Shown: positions 1-9,087 of the stretch, one piece after another
How the letters are laid out: every line of letters begins with the position of its first letter
How positions within the stretch are numbered: position 1 is the first letter of the stretch
Assembly (NCBI GenBank): GCA_965541585.1
Contig: CBEUCH010000016.1
Span: 1 to 64,000, forward strand
From: an uncultured bacterium
GTDB taxonomy: Bacteria; Zixibacteria; MSB-5A5; UBA10806
DNA length: 64,000 bases
Reading direction: 5' to 3'
Notes under the pieces: generated by a model
What the model saw: only the letters and a program-made list of their open reading frames with translations
Told to the model about the DNA's origin: nothing
The model's database searches: none
Made by a program: the position numbers and the translations under genes

Positions 1-2
1 GT

Positions 3-575
3 GTCTATGCCATCATTCTTGACTCCGGCTATGTGGATTGGGATTACAATCTCGTCTTTGGGAACGGCGGCGGGGACTACATAGGCATCGAACCCGGCCC
101 TCATGACGTTCGAGAGGACCCGCTATTCGTTGACAGGTTCTCCGGAGATTACCGCCTGTTGCCAAACTCCCCTTGCATAGATGCAGGTGATCCGGATTTC
201 CCATTAGATCCAGATGGCAGCAGGGCCGATATTGGGGCCTATTACTTCGATCAGACGGTGGGTATTGAAGATCCGGGGGAACCGTCCGGGCCTTATCAGT
301 TTCAACTCCATCAGAATTATCCCAATCCGTTCAACGCGCAGACTATAATATCTTATTATTTGAGCGAGGAATCCATAGTAAGCCTGCATATATATTCAAT
401 CACCGGACATTTCGTTACCGCCATAACCAACAAGGAGATGCAAATCTCTGGTGAACATAAGTATGTGTGGGATGGTAAAGACAAAAACGATAAGATGGTA
501 TCCACCGGTATTTATTTCTATGAGTTATATGTAGACGATTACCGCGAATCAAAAGCGATGATAATGATAAAATGA
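3..575 (+). CDS. 5'-truncated secreted beta-helix protein with T9SS/FlgD-Ig-like C-terminal sorting domain
   Basis: The frame of ORF 33..575 is open back to position 3. It contains DPLFVD...SPCIDAGDP...RADIGAY and a QNYPNPFN...GIYFY CTD. It is a paralog of the next two genes. Confidence 0.85.
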   Translation, partial: VYAIILDSGYVDWDYNLVFGNGGGDYIGIEPGPHDVREDPLFVDRFSGDYRLLPNSPCIDAGDPDFPLDPDGSRADIGAYYFDQTVGIEDPGEPSGPYQFQLHQNYPNPFNAQTIISYYLSEESIVSLHIYSITGHFVTAITNKEMQISGEHKYVWDGKDKNDKMVSTGIYFYELYVDDYRESKAMIMIK

Positions 576-587
576 GGGGTTAGAGTT

Positions 588-2024
588 ATGAAAAACAGGA
601 CAAGATGTTTGCTGGCAATGTTTGTGATGGCCGTTGCTCCGGTTGCCTCTGCTGTCATCATAAACATCCCGGGAGATTACCTCACCATTCAAGAGGGTAT
701 AGATGCAAGCTCCGACGGTGACACTGTGCTGGTGGCGCCGGGGATGTATGTAGAGAATATAGATTTCAACGGGCATAATATCGTGGTGGGGTCGTTGTTT
801 TTGACTACGGGGGATACTGATTATATCTCATCGACAATAATCAATAGTAATGGTTATGGTTATGGGAGTGTCGTGACATTTCAACATGGAGAAGATAACA
901 GGTCGTGCATAACAGGATTTACTATACAAAATGCTCGGAGCTTAAGCGGATGGGGAGGAGGTATTTCTTGTAGGAATTCAAGCCCCATAATTAGAAACAA
1001 CATTATCAGGTATAATTCCAGTTTTGTTGTTGGAGGCGGGATCTACTCATGGTCGGGTGGAGAACCAATCATAGAAGGAAACATTATTGCAAATAATGGA
1101 GCATCTTCGGGAGCATATGGAGCCTACGGCGGGGGCATATATATTGGGTCTGGAACCATCAGGCGAAATCTCATCATGGGCAATGGAGCCAACCAAGATA
1201 ACAGTCAGCTGACGGCCCTTGGAGGCGGAATATATGCGGGAGGCAGTCCACTGCTTATTGAAAACAACACGCTATACGACAATTCGGCGTGGACTTGGGG
1301 TGGGGGCCCTGATGGCGGCATGGGTGGCGGGTTGTGGTTTTGGGTAGCAGAGGCAGCCGACGTTGTTATAAGAAACAACATCATTGTATTCAACTCCTTA
1401 GGCGGAGGCGTAAGCGGATCTATATACGATACTACCTGGACTGGCTGGGATTACAACCTGGTTTTCGGCAATGAGCCCTACGATTATGACGGAATTGAAC
1501 CTGCCCCTCATGATATCCAGGCCGATCCGCTTTTTGTAGACAGGTTCTCCGGCGATTATCATCTTATGTCAGTTGTCTGCAGTGATTCGTCAGATTCCCC
1601 CTGCATCGACGCCGGCGATCCCACAATTTTCGATAGCATCCTTGATTGCGATTGGGGTTTAGGAGAAGAAAGAAGCGATATGGGGGCTTACGGTGGTGGT
1701 GATTCGGTGTTGGTGGGGATAGATGATAACGAAGTGCCTTTGCCCGGGCATCTGGCCCTGCTGCAGAATTATCCTAATCCGTTTAACGCATCAACAGTCA
1801 TCCGATATAATCTTCCCTCAGCTTCGGATGTCACTGTTGACATCTACGACATCCTCGGCCGCAAAGTTGAAACTCTGGTTCAAGAGGAGCAGCCGGCGGG
1901 CTATCATCAGGTTGCGTGGGATGGTAAAGATAAAAACGACAGGATGGTATCCACCGGCATTTATTTCTATGAGTTATACGTTGACGATTACCGTGAATCA
2001 AAAGCGATGATAATGATAAAATGA
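588..2024 (+). CDS. Secreted right-handed parallel beta-helix (pectin-lyase-like/Pmp-like GGGI repeats) protein with CTD
   Basis: Signal peptide, INIPGDYLTIQEGID start motif, repeated GGGIY/IxNNII units, QNYPNPFN CTD. Confidence 0.85.
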   Translation: MKNRTRCLLAMFVMAVAPVASAVIINIPGDYLTIQEGIDASSDGDTVLVAPGMYVENIDFNGHNIVVGSLFLTTGDTDYISSTIINSNGYGYGSVVTFQHGEDNRSCITGFTIQNARSLSGWGGGISCRNSSPIIRNNIIRYNSSFVVGGGIYSWSGGEPIIEGNIIANNGASSGAYGAYGGGIYIGSGTIRRNLIMGNGANQDNSQLTALGGGIYAGGSPLLIENNTLYDNSAWTWGGGPDGGMGGGLWFWVAEAADVVIRNNIIVFNSLGGGVSGSIYDTTWTGWDYNLVFGNEPYDYDGIEPAPHDIQADPLFVDRFSGDYHLMSVVCSDSSDSPCIDAGDPTIFDSILDCDWGLGEERSDMGAYGGGDSVLVGIDDNEVPLPGHLALLQNYPNPFNASTVIRYNLPSASDVTVDIYDILGRKVETLVQEEQPAGYHQVAWDGKDKNDRMVSTGIYFYELYVDDYRESKAMIMIK

Positions 2025-2036
2025 GGGATTAGAGTT

Positions 2037-3452
2037 ATGAAGAACATGACAAGCTGTTTGCTGGCAATGTTTGTCCTGGCCGTTGCCCCCGCTGCCTCTG
2101 CTGTCGTCATAAACATACCGGCAGACTACCCCACCATACAGGAAGGCATAGACGCGGCCCAAAACGGCGATACCGTGCTGGTGGCGGCAGGAGTTTATAC
2201 TGAAGAGATAACGATTCAAAGCAAGAATATTCTCCTCTCCAGTCAGGAAGGCCCCGAAACATCCCTGATCCGGGGAAATCTAATCATGGATGGTTCCATC
2301 GATACCAACGGCGTTCTAAGAGGTTTCAATATAGGTCCGCAGATAGTGGATGACCCGCTGCTGGATATAGTAGGTTGTTCACCCATTATTGTGGGAAATG
2401 AATTCGTCCATGGAGGCAGTTATTCGGGATATGGAGGCGCGATCAGGTTAACTAATTCGAATGCCATTATAAGAGGTAATAGCATCAGAGATAACTGGGG
2501 TTTTGTCCTGGGCGGGGGGATCGGTTCGAGATCGGGCGGTGTGCCGCTGATTGAAGGGAACATAATCGCGGATAATCGTGCAACTTCTGGTTCCTTCGGT
2601 GCCGCAGGCGGGGGCATATACATTGAGTCTGGAACCATCAGGCGAAATCTCATCGTGGGCAATCAAGCCAGGCAAGATCTCAATTCCCCGCCCAGTGGAG
2701 GCGGAATATACTATTCGGGAGGCGGTCCACTGCTTATTGAAAACAACACGCTATGCGACAATTCGGCGTGGACTCCTTATGGTGACGGCTTGGGCGGCGG
2801 GTTGGAGTTTTGGGTAGCACAGGCAGGGGACGTTGTTATAAGAAACAACATCATTGTATTCAGCCCTTTAGGCGGGGGCGTACGCGGAGTCGTATACGAT
2901 ACAACCTGGACTGGCTGGGATTACAACCTCGTCTTCGGCAATGAGCCCTACGATTATGAAGGTTTCGAACCCGGCCCCCATGATATTCAGGCCGACCCAT
3001 TATTCGTTGACAGGTTCTCCGGTGATTACAGTCTTCTCCCCAACTCGCCCTGCATAGACGCGGGCGACCCGGATTCACCTTTAGACCCCGACGGGACGAG
3101 GGCTGATATTGGGGCATACTATTTCGATCAAGCGGTTGGTATTGAAGATCCGGGGGAGCCGTCCGGCCCCTATCAGTTTCAACTACATCAGAACTATCCT
3201 AACCCCTTTAATTCGCAAACTATAATATCATATTATTTGAGTGAAAAGTCGGTTGTAAGCCTGCATATATATTCAATCACTGGCCATTTCGTTACAGCCA
3301 TAATCAACAAGGAGAGACAGAACTCTGGCGAGCATAAATATGTGTGGGATGGTAAAGATAAAAACGACAGGATGGTGTCCACCGGTATTTATTTCTATGA
3401 GTTATATGTTGACGATTACCGCGAATCAAAAGCGATGATACTAATTAAGTAA
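2037..3452 (+). CDS. Secreted right-handed parallel beta-helix protein with CTD
   Basis: Same architecture as 588..2024; the C-terminal part is nearly identical to 3..575. Confidence 0.85.
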   Translation: MKNMTSCLLAMFVLAVAPAASAVVINIPADYPTIQEGIDAAQNGDTVLVAAGVYTEEITIQSKNILLSSQEGPETSLIRGNLIMDGSIDTNGVLRGFNIGPQIVDDPLLDIVGCSPIIVGNEFVHGGSYSGYGGAIRLTNSNAIIRGNSIRDNWGFVLGGGIGSRSGGVPLIEGNIIADNRATSGSFGAAGGGIYIESGTIRRNLIVGNQARQDLNSPPSGGGIYYSGGGPLLIENNTLCDNSAWTPYGDGLGGGLEFWVAQAGDVVIRNNIIVFSPLGGGVRGVVYDTTWTGWDYNLVFGNEPYDYEGFEPGPHDIQADPLFVDRFSGDYSLLPNSPCIDAGDPDSPLDPDGTRADIGAYYFDQAVGIEDPGEPSGPYQFQLHQNYPNPFNSQTIISYYLSEKSVVSLHIYSITGHFVTAIINKERQNSGEHKYVWDGKDKNDRMVSTGIYFYELYVDDYRESKAMILIK

Positions 3453-3473
3453 AAACTTTATATATATATTTTC

Positions 3474-5912
3474 TTAAACCTTCTCCGAGGCCGGGACCCG
3501 CGCCACATCGATCACCTTATCGTTCGCACCTAACCCCATCAGGCGCACTCCCTGGGTGGCACGGCCTATCGATCTTATGGAGCTGACGGCGATACGGTTG
3601 ACTATGCCGCGCTGAGTTATCAGGAGAAGCTCATCGTCGTCCACGACCTCCTTGACCACGACCACTTCGCCGTTCCTCTCGGAGGACCTTATATTGATGA
3701 CTCCCTTTCCGCCCCTGTTGGTCACCCGGTAGTCGGCGATATCGGATCGCTTACCGTAACCGTTTTCGGTGACGGTCAGCAGGGTCGATTCCCTTTTCAC
3801 CACCACCGCGCCGACGACATAGTCGCCTTTGGCGAGATTCACTCCCCGGACACCGTAGGCGGTGCGCCCCATCGACCGCACCGTGTTCTCAGGGAACCTG
3901 ACCGCCTGCCCTTTCCTCGTGGCCAGCATGATATCGCAGGTCCCGTCGGAAAAACCGGCTTCGATCAAACTGTCGTCTGCAGGCAAGTTCATGGCGATGA
4001 TTCCGTCACGCCGGGGATTCGAGAATGATGCCAGAGCGGTTTTCTTTATCTGTCCCTCCCGCGTGGCCAGAATGATGAAACCCTCGGAATCGAAATTCTT
4101 AACCGGCACAAAAGCCGCAATGGAATCGTCGTTGACGATCCTGAGCATATTGACTATCGCCTTGCCCTTGGCCAGCCGTCCGCCCTGCGGGATCTCATGA
4201 ACCTTCAGCCAGTAGCACTGCCCTTTGCGCGTAAAGAAGAGTATATAATGATGAGTGGAGGCTACGAACATATGTTCGACGAAATCCTCCTCCTTGGTCT
4301 GCATGCCTCTGATGCCCCTGGTGCCCCTGGTCTGTCGCCGATAGGCCGATATTGAAAGCCTCTTGATATACCCGGCATGCGAGATGGTGACAATCATATC
4401 CTCCTCGGCGATCAGATCCTCGATAGAGAAATCGTCGTCAATCTCCTCCTCTATGATCTGCGTTCTGCGAGCGTCGCCAAATCTGTCCTTAAGCTCCAGG
4501 AACTCGTCTTTTAAGATCTGCATGCGACGTTCTTTCGAGGCCAGGATACCCTTAAGTTCCTCTATCAGCTTTATGGTCTGCTCGTACTCGGCTACTATTT
4601 TATCCCGCTCCAGTCCGGTAAGTCTCTGTAGACGCATTTCGAGTATGGCCTGGGCCTGAACCTCAGAGAGCTCGAAACGCTCCATCAGCCCTTGCTTTGC
4701 CGTGGCGGGATCCTTCGACTTTTTAATCAACTCAATCACAGCGTCGATATTATCCAGAGCTATTTTGTAACCCTCGAGGATATGCGCCCGCTTTTCGGCC
4801 TCAGCTAATTCGAACTCGGTTCGTTTAACAATGATTTTGTGACGATGCTCTATGAAATACTGCAGAAGGTTTTTTAGATTCAAAATCCGTGGCTGCCCAT
4901 CCACCAGAGCCAGCATGTTCATGCCATAGGTGGTCTGCATCTGGGTCAACTTGAAGAGCCGGTTTAAGGCGACCTCCGTCTGGGCGTCCTTTTTCAGCTC
5001 CACCACGATCCGCATACCATCCCGATCCGATTCGTCGCGCAGATCCGAGATACCGTCAATCCTTTTCTCCCTCACCAGATCGGCGATCTTCTCCAGGAGA
5101 TTCGATTTGTTTATCTGATATGGTATCTCGCTTATAATTATGCTTTCACGCCCGTTTTTCTGAACTTCCACATTTGCCTTGGCCCGAATGAAGAACCTGC
5201 CTCTCCCGGTAAGATACCCCTCACGCATACCGGACATTCCGAAGATGATCCCGCCGGTAGGAAAATCCGGTCCCTGGATATATTCCGAAAGATCTTCCAC
5301 CGGTAGATCGGGGTTATCTATCAAGGCACAGAGGCCATCGACGGTTTCATTCAAATTATGCGGTGGTATATTGGTGGCCATCCCGACCGCAATCCCCGAT
5401 GATCCGTTGCAGATAAGGTTGGGGAATTTCGATGTCAATACCGTCGGTTCTTTCCTGGTCTCATCATAATTAGGTATCATGGCCACGGTATCTTTTTCCA
5501 GATCAGTGAGCATCTCCATGGCCATGGGAGTCAGGCGAGCCTCTGTATATCTCATAGCCGCCGCAGAATCGCCATCGATGGAGCCGAAATTACCCTGGCC
5601 GTTCACAAGCAAATATCTCATGTTGAAATCCTGCGCCATCCTGACCAGAGTAGGATAGACGACCTGCTCGCCATGAGGATGATAATTACCGGATGTATCG
5701 CCGGCGATCTTGGCGCATTTGCGATATGGCCTGCCCGGGGCCAGGTTCAGATCTCTCATGGCAACCAGGATACGTCGATTGGATGGCTTTAAACCGTCGC
5801 GAACATCGGGAAGAGCGCGGTTAGTTATGACCGACATAGAGTAGTCGATATAAGAAGATTTCATCTCCTCTTCGATAGAAACCAGCGAAATTTTTTCAGA
5901 TTCAAGTGGCAT
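3474..5912 (-). CDS. gyrA: DNA gyrase subunit A
   Basis: RALPDVRDGLKP, YHPHG, catalytic AAMRYTEAR, GyrA-box-like QTRGTRG and C-terminal pinwheel repeats. Confidence 0.97.
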   Translation of the reverse strand: MPLESEKISLVSIEEEMKSSYIDYSMSVITNRALPDVRDGLKPSNRRILVAMRDLNLAPGRPYRKCAKIAGDTSGNYHPHGEQVVYPTLVRMAQDFNMRYLLVNGQGNFGSIDGDSAAAMRYTEARLTPMAMEMLTDLEKDTVAMIPNYDETRKEPTVLTSKFPNLICNGSSGIAVGMATNIPPHNLNETVDGLCALIDNPDLPVEDLSEYIQGPDFPTGGIIFGMSGMREGYLTGRGRFFIRAKANVEVQKNGRESIIISEIPYQINKSNLLEKIADLVREKRIDGISDLRDESDRDGMRIVVELKKDAQTEVALNRLFKLTQMQTTYGMNMLALVDGQPRILNLKNLLQYFIEHRHKIIVKRTEFELAEAEKRAHILEGYKIALDNIDAVIELIKKSKDPATAKQGLMERFELSEVQAQAILEMRLQRLTGLERDKIVAEYEQTIKLIEELKGILASKERRMQILKDEFLELKDRFGDARRTQIIEEEIDDDFSIEDLIAEEDMIVTISHAGYIKRLSISAYRRQTRGTRGIRGMQTKEEDFVEHMFVASTHHYILFFTRKGQCYWLKVHEIPQGGRLAKGKAIVNMLRIVNDDSIAAFVPVKNFDSEGFIILATREGQIKKTALASFSNPRRDGIIAMNLPADDSLIEAGFSDGTCDIMLATRKGQAVRFPENTVRSMGRTAYGVRGVNLAKGDYVVGAVVVKRESTLLTVTENGYGKRSDIADYRVTNRGGKGVINIRSSERNGEVVVVKEVVDDDELLLITQRGIVNRIAVSSIRSIGRATQGVRLMGLGANDKVIDVARVPASEKV

Positions 5913-6147
5913 CTAATCCTGCTCCCTACTGATATTTTCCAGACAACGATTATACACAAAATATCGTTTGACTTCAACTAAATAATCGGAAATCTCCATC
6001 TGTAACCCCCCGGAACACAAGGGATTATAGGGCGGTAAGATTTATTTCATCATTTATTATATTTTCGAACTGCATTTATCCATCCCGGCCTTCCTGGATG
6101 CGGGCGCAAGCCAATTTATGGGCTACTCGAATTTCACGGGACGACCG

Positions 6148-6744
6148 CTACCGATGCCGCTTCTCAGTGCGATTGCCGAAAGGGATGCTAATCTTATACG
6201 AGATATGCACGAAAACCATCGACATCTTGAGCGAACGCTCGTCATGATTCCGACGGAGGTCATAACGGAAGGTTATGATTGCCGAATTACCGAGGCCAGC
6301 CAGCGACCCCGCCGCTTTCAGATCCACAAAACCGGCAAGCCTCATATCCTCACCTAAGCGGTAATATGGCCGTTTGAGTCCCAGCATCACCCGGCTGACT
6401 GGATTTTTCATACTATCAAACTCATCTCCGGGCCATATCAGTCTGCCCAGATCAATGGATGCGACATATTCATCACTCTTCATATCGCGGCCTTCGAGCG
6501 CCTCGAAAACCGAAAAACCGGGCCTTACTTCTCTGCTCGATATTTCGGTGGAGATCGCCTCCGCCGCAATTCCTACCGGTGAAGCGATAGAGATCTGAGA
6601 GGAATCGATGTCTCTCGTCTCGATGGTTGGCGTAATATCATTGCTCTTATCATCGACCACGATGGACTGCGCCATGTTGATGGAAGGAGACAATATGATC
6701 ACAAGAAGCAACGATATTGAAAGCCATGGCGCCGATGTTATCAT
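6148..6744 (-). CDS. Hypothetical exported protein
   Basis: 198-aa ORF with a hydrophobic N-terminus, co-oriented with its neighbours; no recognised motif. Confidence 0.5.
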   Translation of the reverse strand: MITSAPWLSISLLLVIILSPSINMAQSIVVDDKSNDITPTIETRDIDSSQISIASPVGIAAEAISTEISSREVRPGFSVFEALEGRDMKSDEYVASIDLGRLIWPGDEFDSMKNPVSRVMLGLKRPYYRLGEDMRLAGFVDLKAAGSLAGLGNSAIITFRYDLRRNHDERSLKMSMVFVHISYKISIPFGNRTEKRHR

Positions 6745-6788
6745 GTTATAACTAACCGTTTGAGGAAACGATCCGCAATGGATTTATC

Positions 6789-6816
6789 AAAAAAAAGCTC
6801 CCATATGGAGCCTTTT
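6789..6816 (-). terminator. Probable intrinsic terminator
   Basis: GCTCC/GGAGC stem (6797-6811) followed on the minus strand by an 8-T run, just after the stop of 6828..7451. Confidence 0.6.
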
Positions 6817-6827
6817 GTCAATCTTTT

Positions 6828-7451
6828 CTAATATCTTGGCGGGGCTTCTTTGCCCTTAGATGCGTAGGAGAGCTTTATTCCCATATAGATGAAGTTAAAG
6901 TCATTGTACTCGATATCATCGAGGATATATTCTGCGTAACAGAGGTTATACTTGAATTCCAGTTCGTAGATGATTAACCTATCGGTAGCACTCGATATAC
7001 CAAATCCCGCAAAACCAAAACCTCCCATTTTCTCGCTGGGATGATCGACGGAGAAATCAGGCACATAGAAATGGGCATTGGGGGTGAAAACACCGCCGCC
7101 CCAACTGAAGTATACTCTTCCATCTGAAACGGTGCCCAGGTCCATTCTCCAGAGCGCTCCCAATTGGCTGAAATTGAAACTAGGACGACCCTCGCTCGTT
7201 GAATAAGATGATCCGAACCTATTGTAATTGATGAAGAGCCCGACAGCATATCCATCGAGATTGTAGTAGCGAAATTCTGCCCCAAAGCCGAATCCGCTGC
7301 CTGCAGCCAGAAAGTCAGAGTCGGAAAATTCTCCCTGCGCAGATGAAATGCCCAATCCCAGCGATCCAACAAAAGCCCCTTCATCCTGGGCGTTGAGTGA
7401 TACAGGGATCGCAATAACCGTAAAAATTAAAGCCAGTAAAACATTACGCAT
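6828..7451 (-). CDS. Small outer-membrane beta-barrel protein (OmpA/OmpW-like)
   Basis: Signal peptide, then alternating aromatic/Gly amphipathic strands (GFGFGAEFRY, YFSWGGGVF, YELEFKY, FIYMGIKLSY). Confidence 0.65.
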   Translation of the reverse strand: MRNVLLALIFTVIAIPVSLNAQDEGAFVGSLGLGISSAQGEFSDSDFLAAGSGFGFGAEFRYYNLDGYAVGLFINYNRFGSSYSTSEGRPSFNFSQLGALWRMDLGTVSDGRVYFSWGGGVFTPNAHFYVPDFSVDHPSEKMGGFGFAGFGISSATDRLIIYELEFKYNLCYAEYILDDIEYNDFNFIYMGIKLSYASKGKEAPPRY

Positions 7452-7842
7452 TCATTTTCTCCTTGGTCAGGTCTATCTTCTCATTTGATAAATATAAACT
7501 ATCGTTCCCCGGAGCACAAATCAATTTATCCGGTCAAAAACATTCGATGTTATTTCCCGCATCGTCAGATCTTGTCGGTCACCCCTTTTGCACCCTGAAA
7601 ACAGGAGCAGTCTCTTTGTAAAACAGTTTTTCCACATTTCCGGTTTCAAAAACATTCTGCCCCGCATGCATTGATGAAAAGTCTAAGTATGAAGGGTGTC
7701 TTCGATTGGAGCTTATGGGGACGTACTCAGATTAGTGATATGGATTAATTCCGCCGGGGGCGGCAGCAAGGTCAATTGCGTTAGCTGCCTCTTGAAATCT
7801 TACTCTCGGCAGCCTTGCATAAGTCCGGTATCCCAAGAGACC

Positions 7843-8148
7843 TCAGCGCCTGATCCTGTCAGACATATCCATGCTCTGACTTTGAGCCTTCTGCGCTATC
7901 TCCTTTTCGTATGCCTCCAATACACTTTCTTCCAGCCGGCGCCGCATTTCGCTGTTAACAGGATGAGCGATATCCTGATAGGTGCCGTTAGGCCGCTTTC
8001 TCGAGGGCATGCTCAGGAAAAAACCCTTGTTGCCGTTGATTATCTTCAGCCCCCTGATCACGAAGGCGTTATCGAAAGTGACGTTGGCGAAGGCTTTCAA
8101 CTTGTCCTCGTTTTTTAGCGTGAGCCTTATCTCAGTAATCTCCACCAT
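7843..8148 (-). CDS. spoVG: SpoVG family nucleic-acid-binding regulator
   Basis: EITEIR...LKAFANVTFDNAFVIRGLKII...FLSMPSRK...YQDIAHP signature; GGAGG RBS. Confidence 0.95.
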   Translation of the reverse strand: MVEITEIRLTLKNEDKLKAFANVTFDNAFVIRGLKIINGNKGFFLSMPSRKRPNGTYQDIAHPVNSEMRRRLEESVLEAYEKEIAQKAQSQSMDMSDRIRR

Positions 8149-8223
8149 TCCTCCCGCGCGTTGAGAAACCCAAGAGCAATTTTGTCATTCGATCCATAAG
8201 CCCGGAGATCTATTTACGATTCC

Positions 8224-9087
8224 TTACGATCTGAACGGCTGCAGCAATATCGGCCTGCAGTAAAATAGCCTGTATCCAGCCCTCAGCCTTTTTCGGACGT
8301 CGGCCGCCCGGCTGCCGGTCTGTAAAAAAAGCCCAAAAAAAGCAGAGCCGGAACCGGTCATGGAACTCCAGACAGCGCCGGATTCCATGAGGATCCCCTT
8401 AAGCTCCGCTAATTCGGGAAACTTACTCAATACGGCCTCCTCCAGATCGTTCGAGAAACGTTTCACAAGACTGCTCAATCTGGAGACACTGATCTTTTTT
8501 TCCAATAAAATCGGTTCGCTTTCTTTTGTCAAGTCAATTCTCACATCTTTATAGACCTCGGCGGTGGAAATCGTTACCGGAGGGACGATTACAATTATTT
8601 CGTACCGGTCTGGAAGACCTATCGATGTGACGATTTCGCCCCTTCCTGTTACTCGCGCCTGTCCCCCACCGAGGAAAAACGGAACATCGGAACCTATGCC
8701 CGCCGCGATCTCGAGTATTTCCTCAGGCTCGGGAGCCAGCCCGTATAAACGGCAGAGACCCCTTAAAACGAAGGCCGCATCGGCCGAGCCTCCTCCAAGC
8801 CCAGCCCCGGATGGTATCCGTTTTGCAAGATCTATTTTTACCCCGGGGAAATAGAATCGATCCTGTAATGCAGAGGCCGCCTTGCACGCCAGGTTTGATT
8901 CATCTCCGGGTAACGAGGGATCATCGCAGGTGAATTCTATGGTATCCGATCTCTCCAGAGTTATTTCATCGTAAATATCGATCGCCTGCATCAGGCTTTC
9001 GATTTCATGGTAGCCGTCGTCCCGCTTGCCCAGAACCCTCAAATATAGATTTACCTTGGCGGGGACTTTTAATGAAATTTTTTCCAA
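8224..9087 (-). CDS. ispE: 4-diphosphocytidyl-2-C-methyl-D-erythritol kinase
   Basis: PAKVNLYL, KRIPSGAGLGGGSADAA, GSDVPFF and MTGSGS GHMP-kinase motifs. Confidence 0.96.
   Translation of the reverse strand: MEKISLKVPAKVNLYLRVLGKRDDGYHEIESLMQAIDIYDEITLERSDTIEFTCDDPSLPGDESNLACKAASALQDRFYFPGVKIDLAKRIPSGAGLGGGSADAAFVLRGLCRLYGLAPEPEEILEIAAGIGSDVPFFLGGGQARVTGRGEIVTSIGLPDRYEIIVIVPPVTISTAEVYKDVRIDLTKESEPILLEKKISVSRLSSLVKRFSNDLEEAVLSKFPELAELKGILMESGAVWSSMTGSGSAFFGLFLQTGSRAADVRKRLRAGYRLFYCRPILLQPFRS

Noticed and set aside
7452..8223. tRNA-Gln, often found near ispE/spoVG
   Set aside because: No cloverleaf or T-loop GTTCGA context found on either strand by eye.
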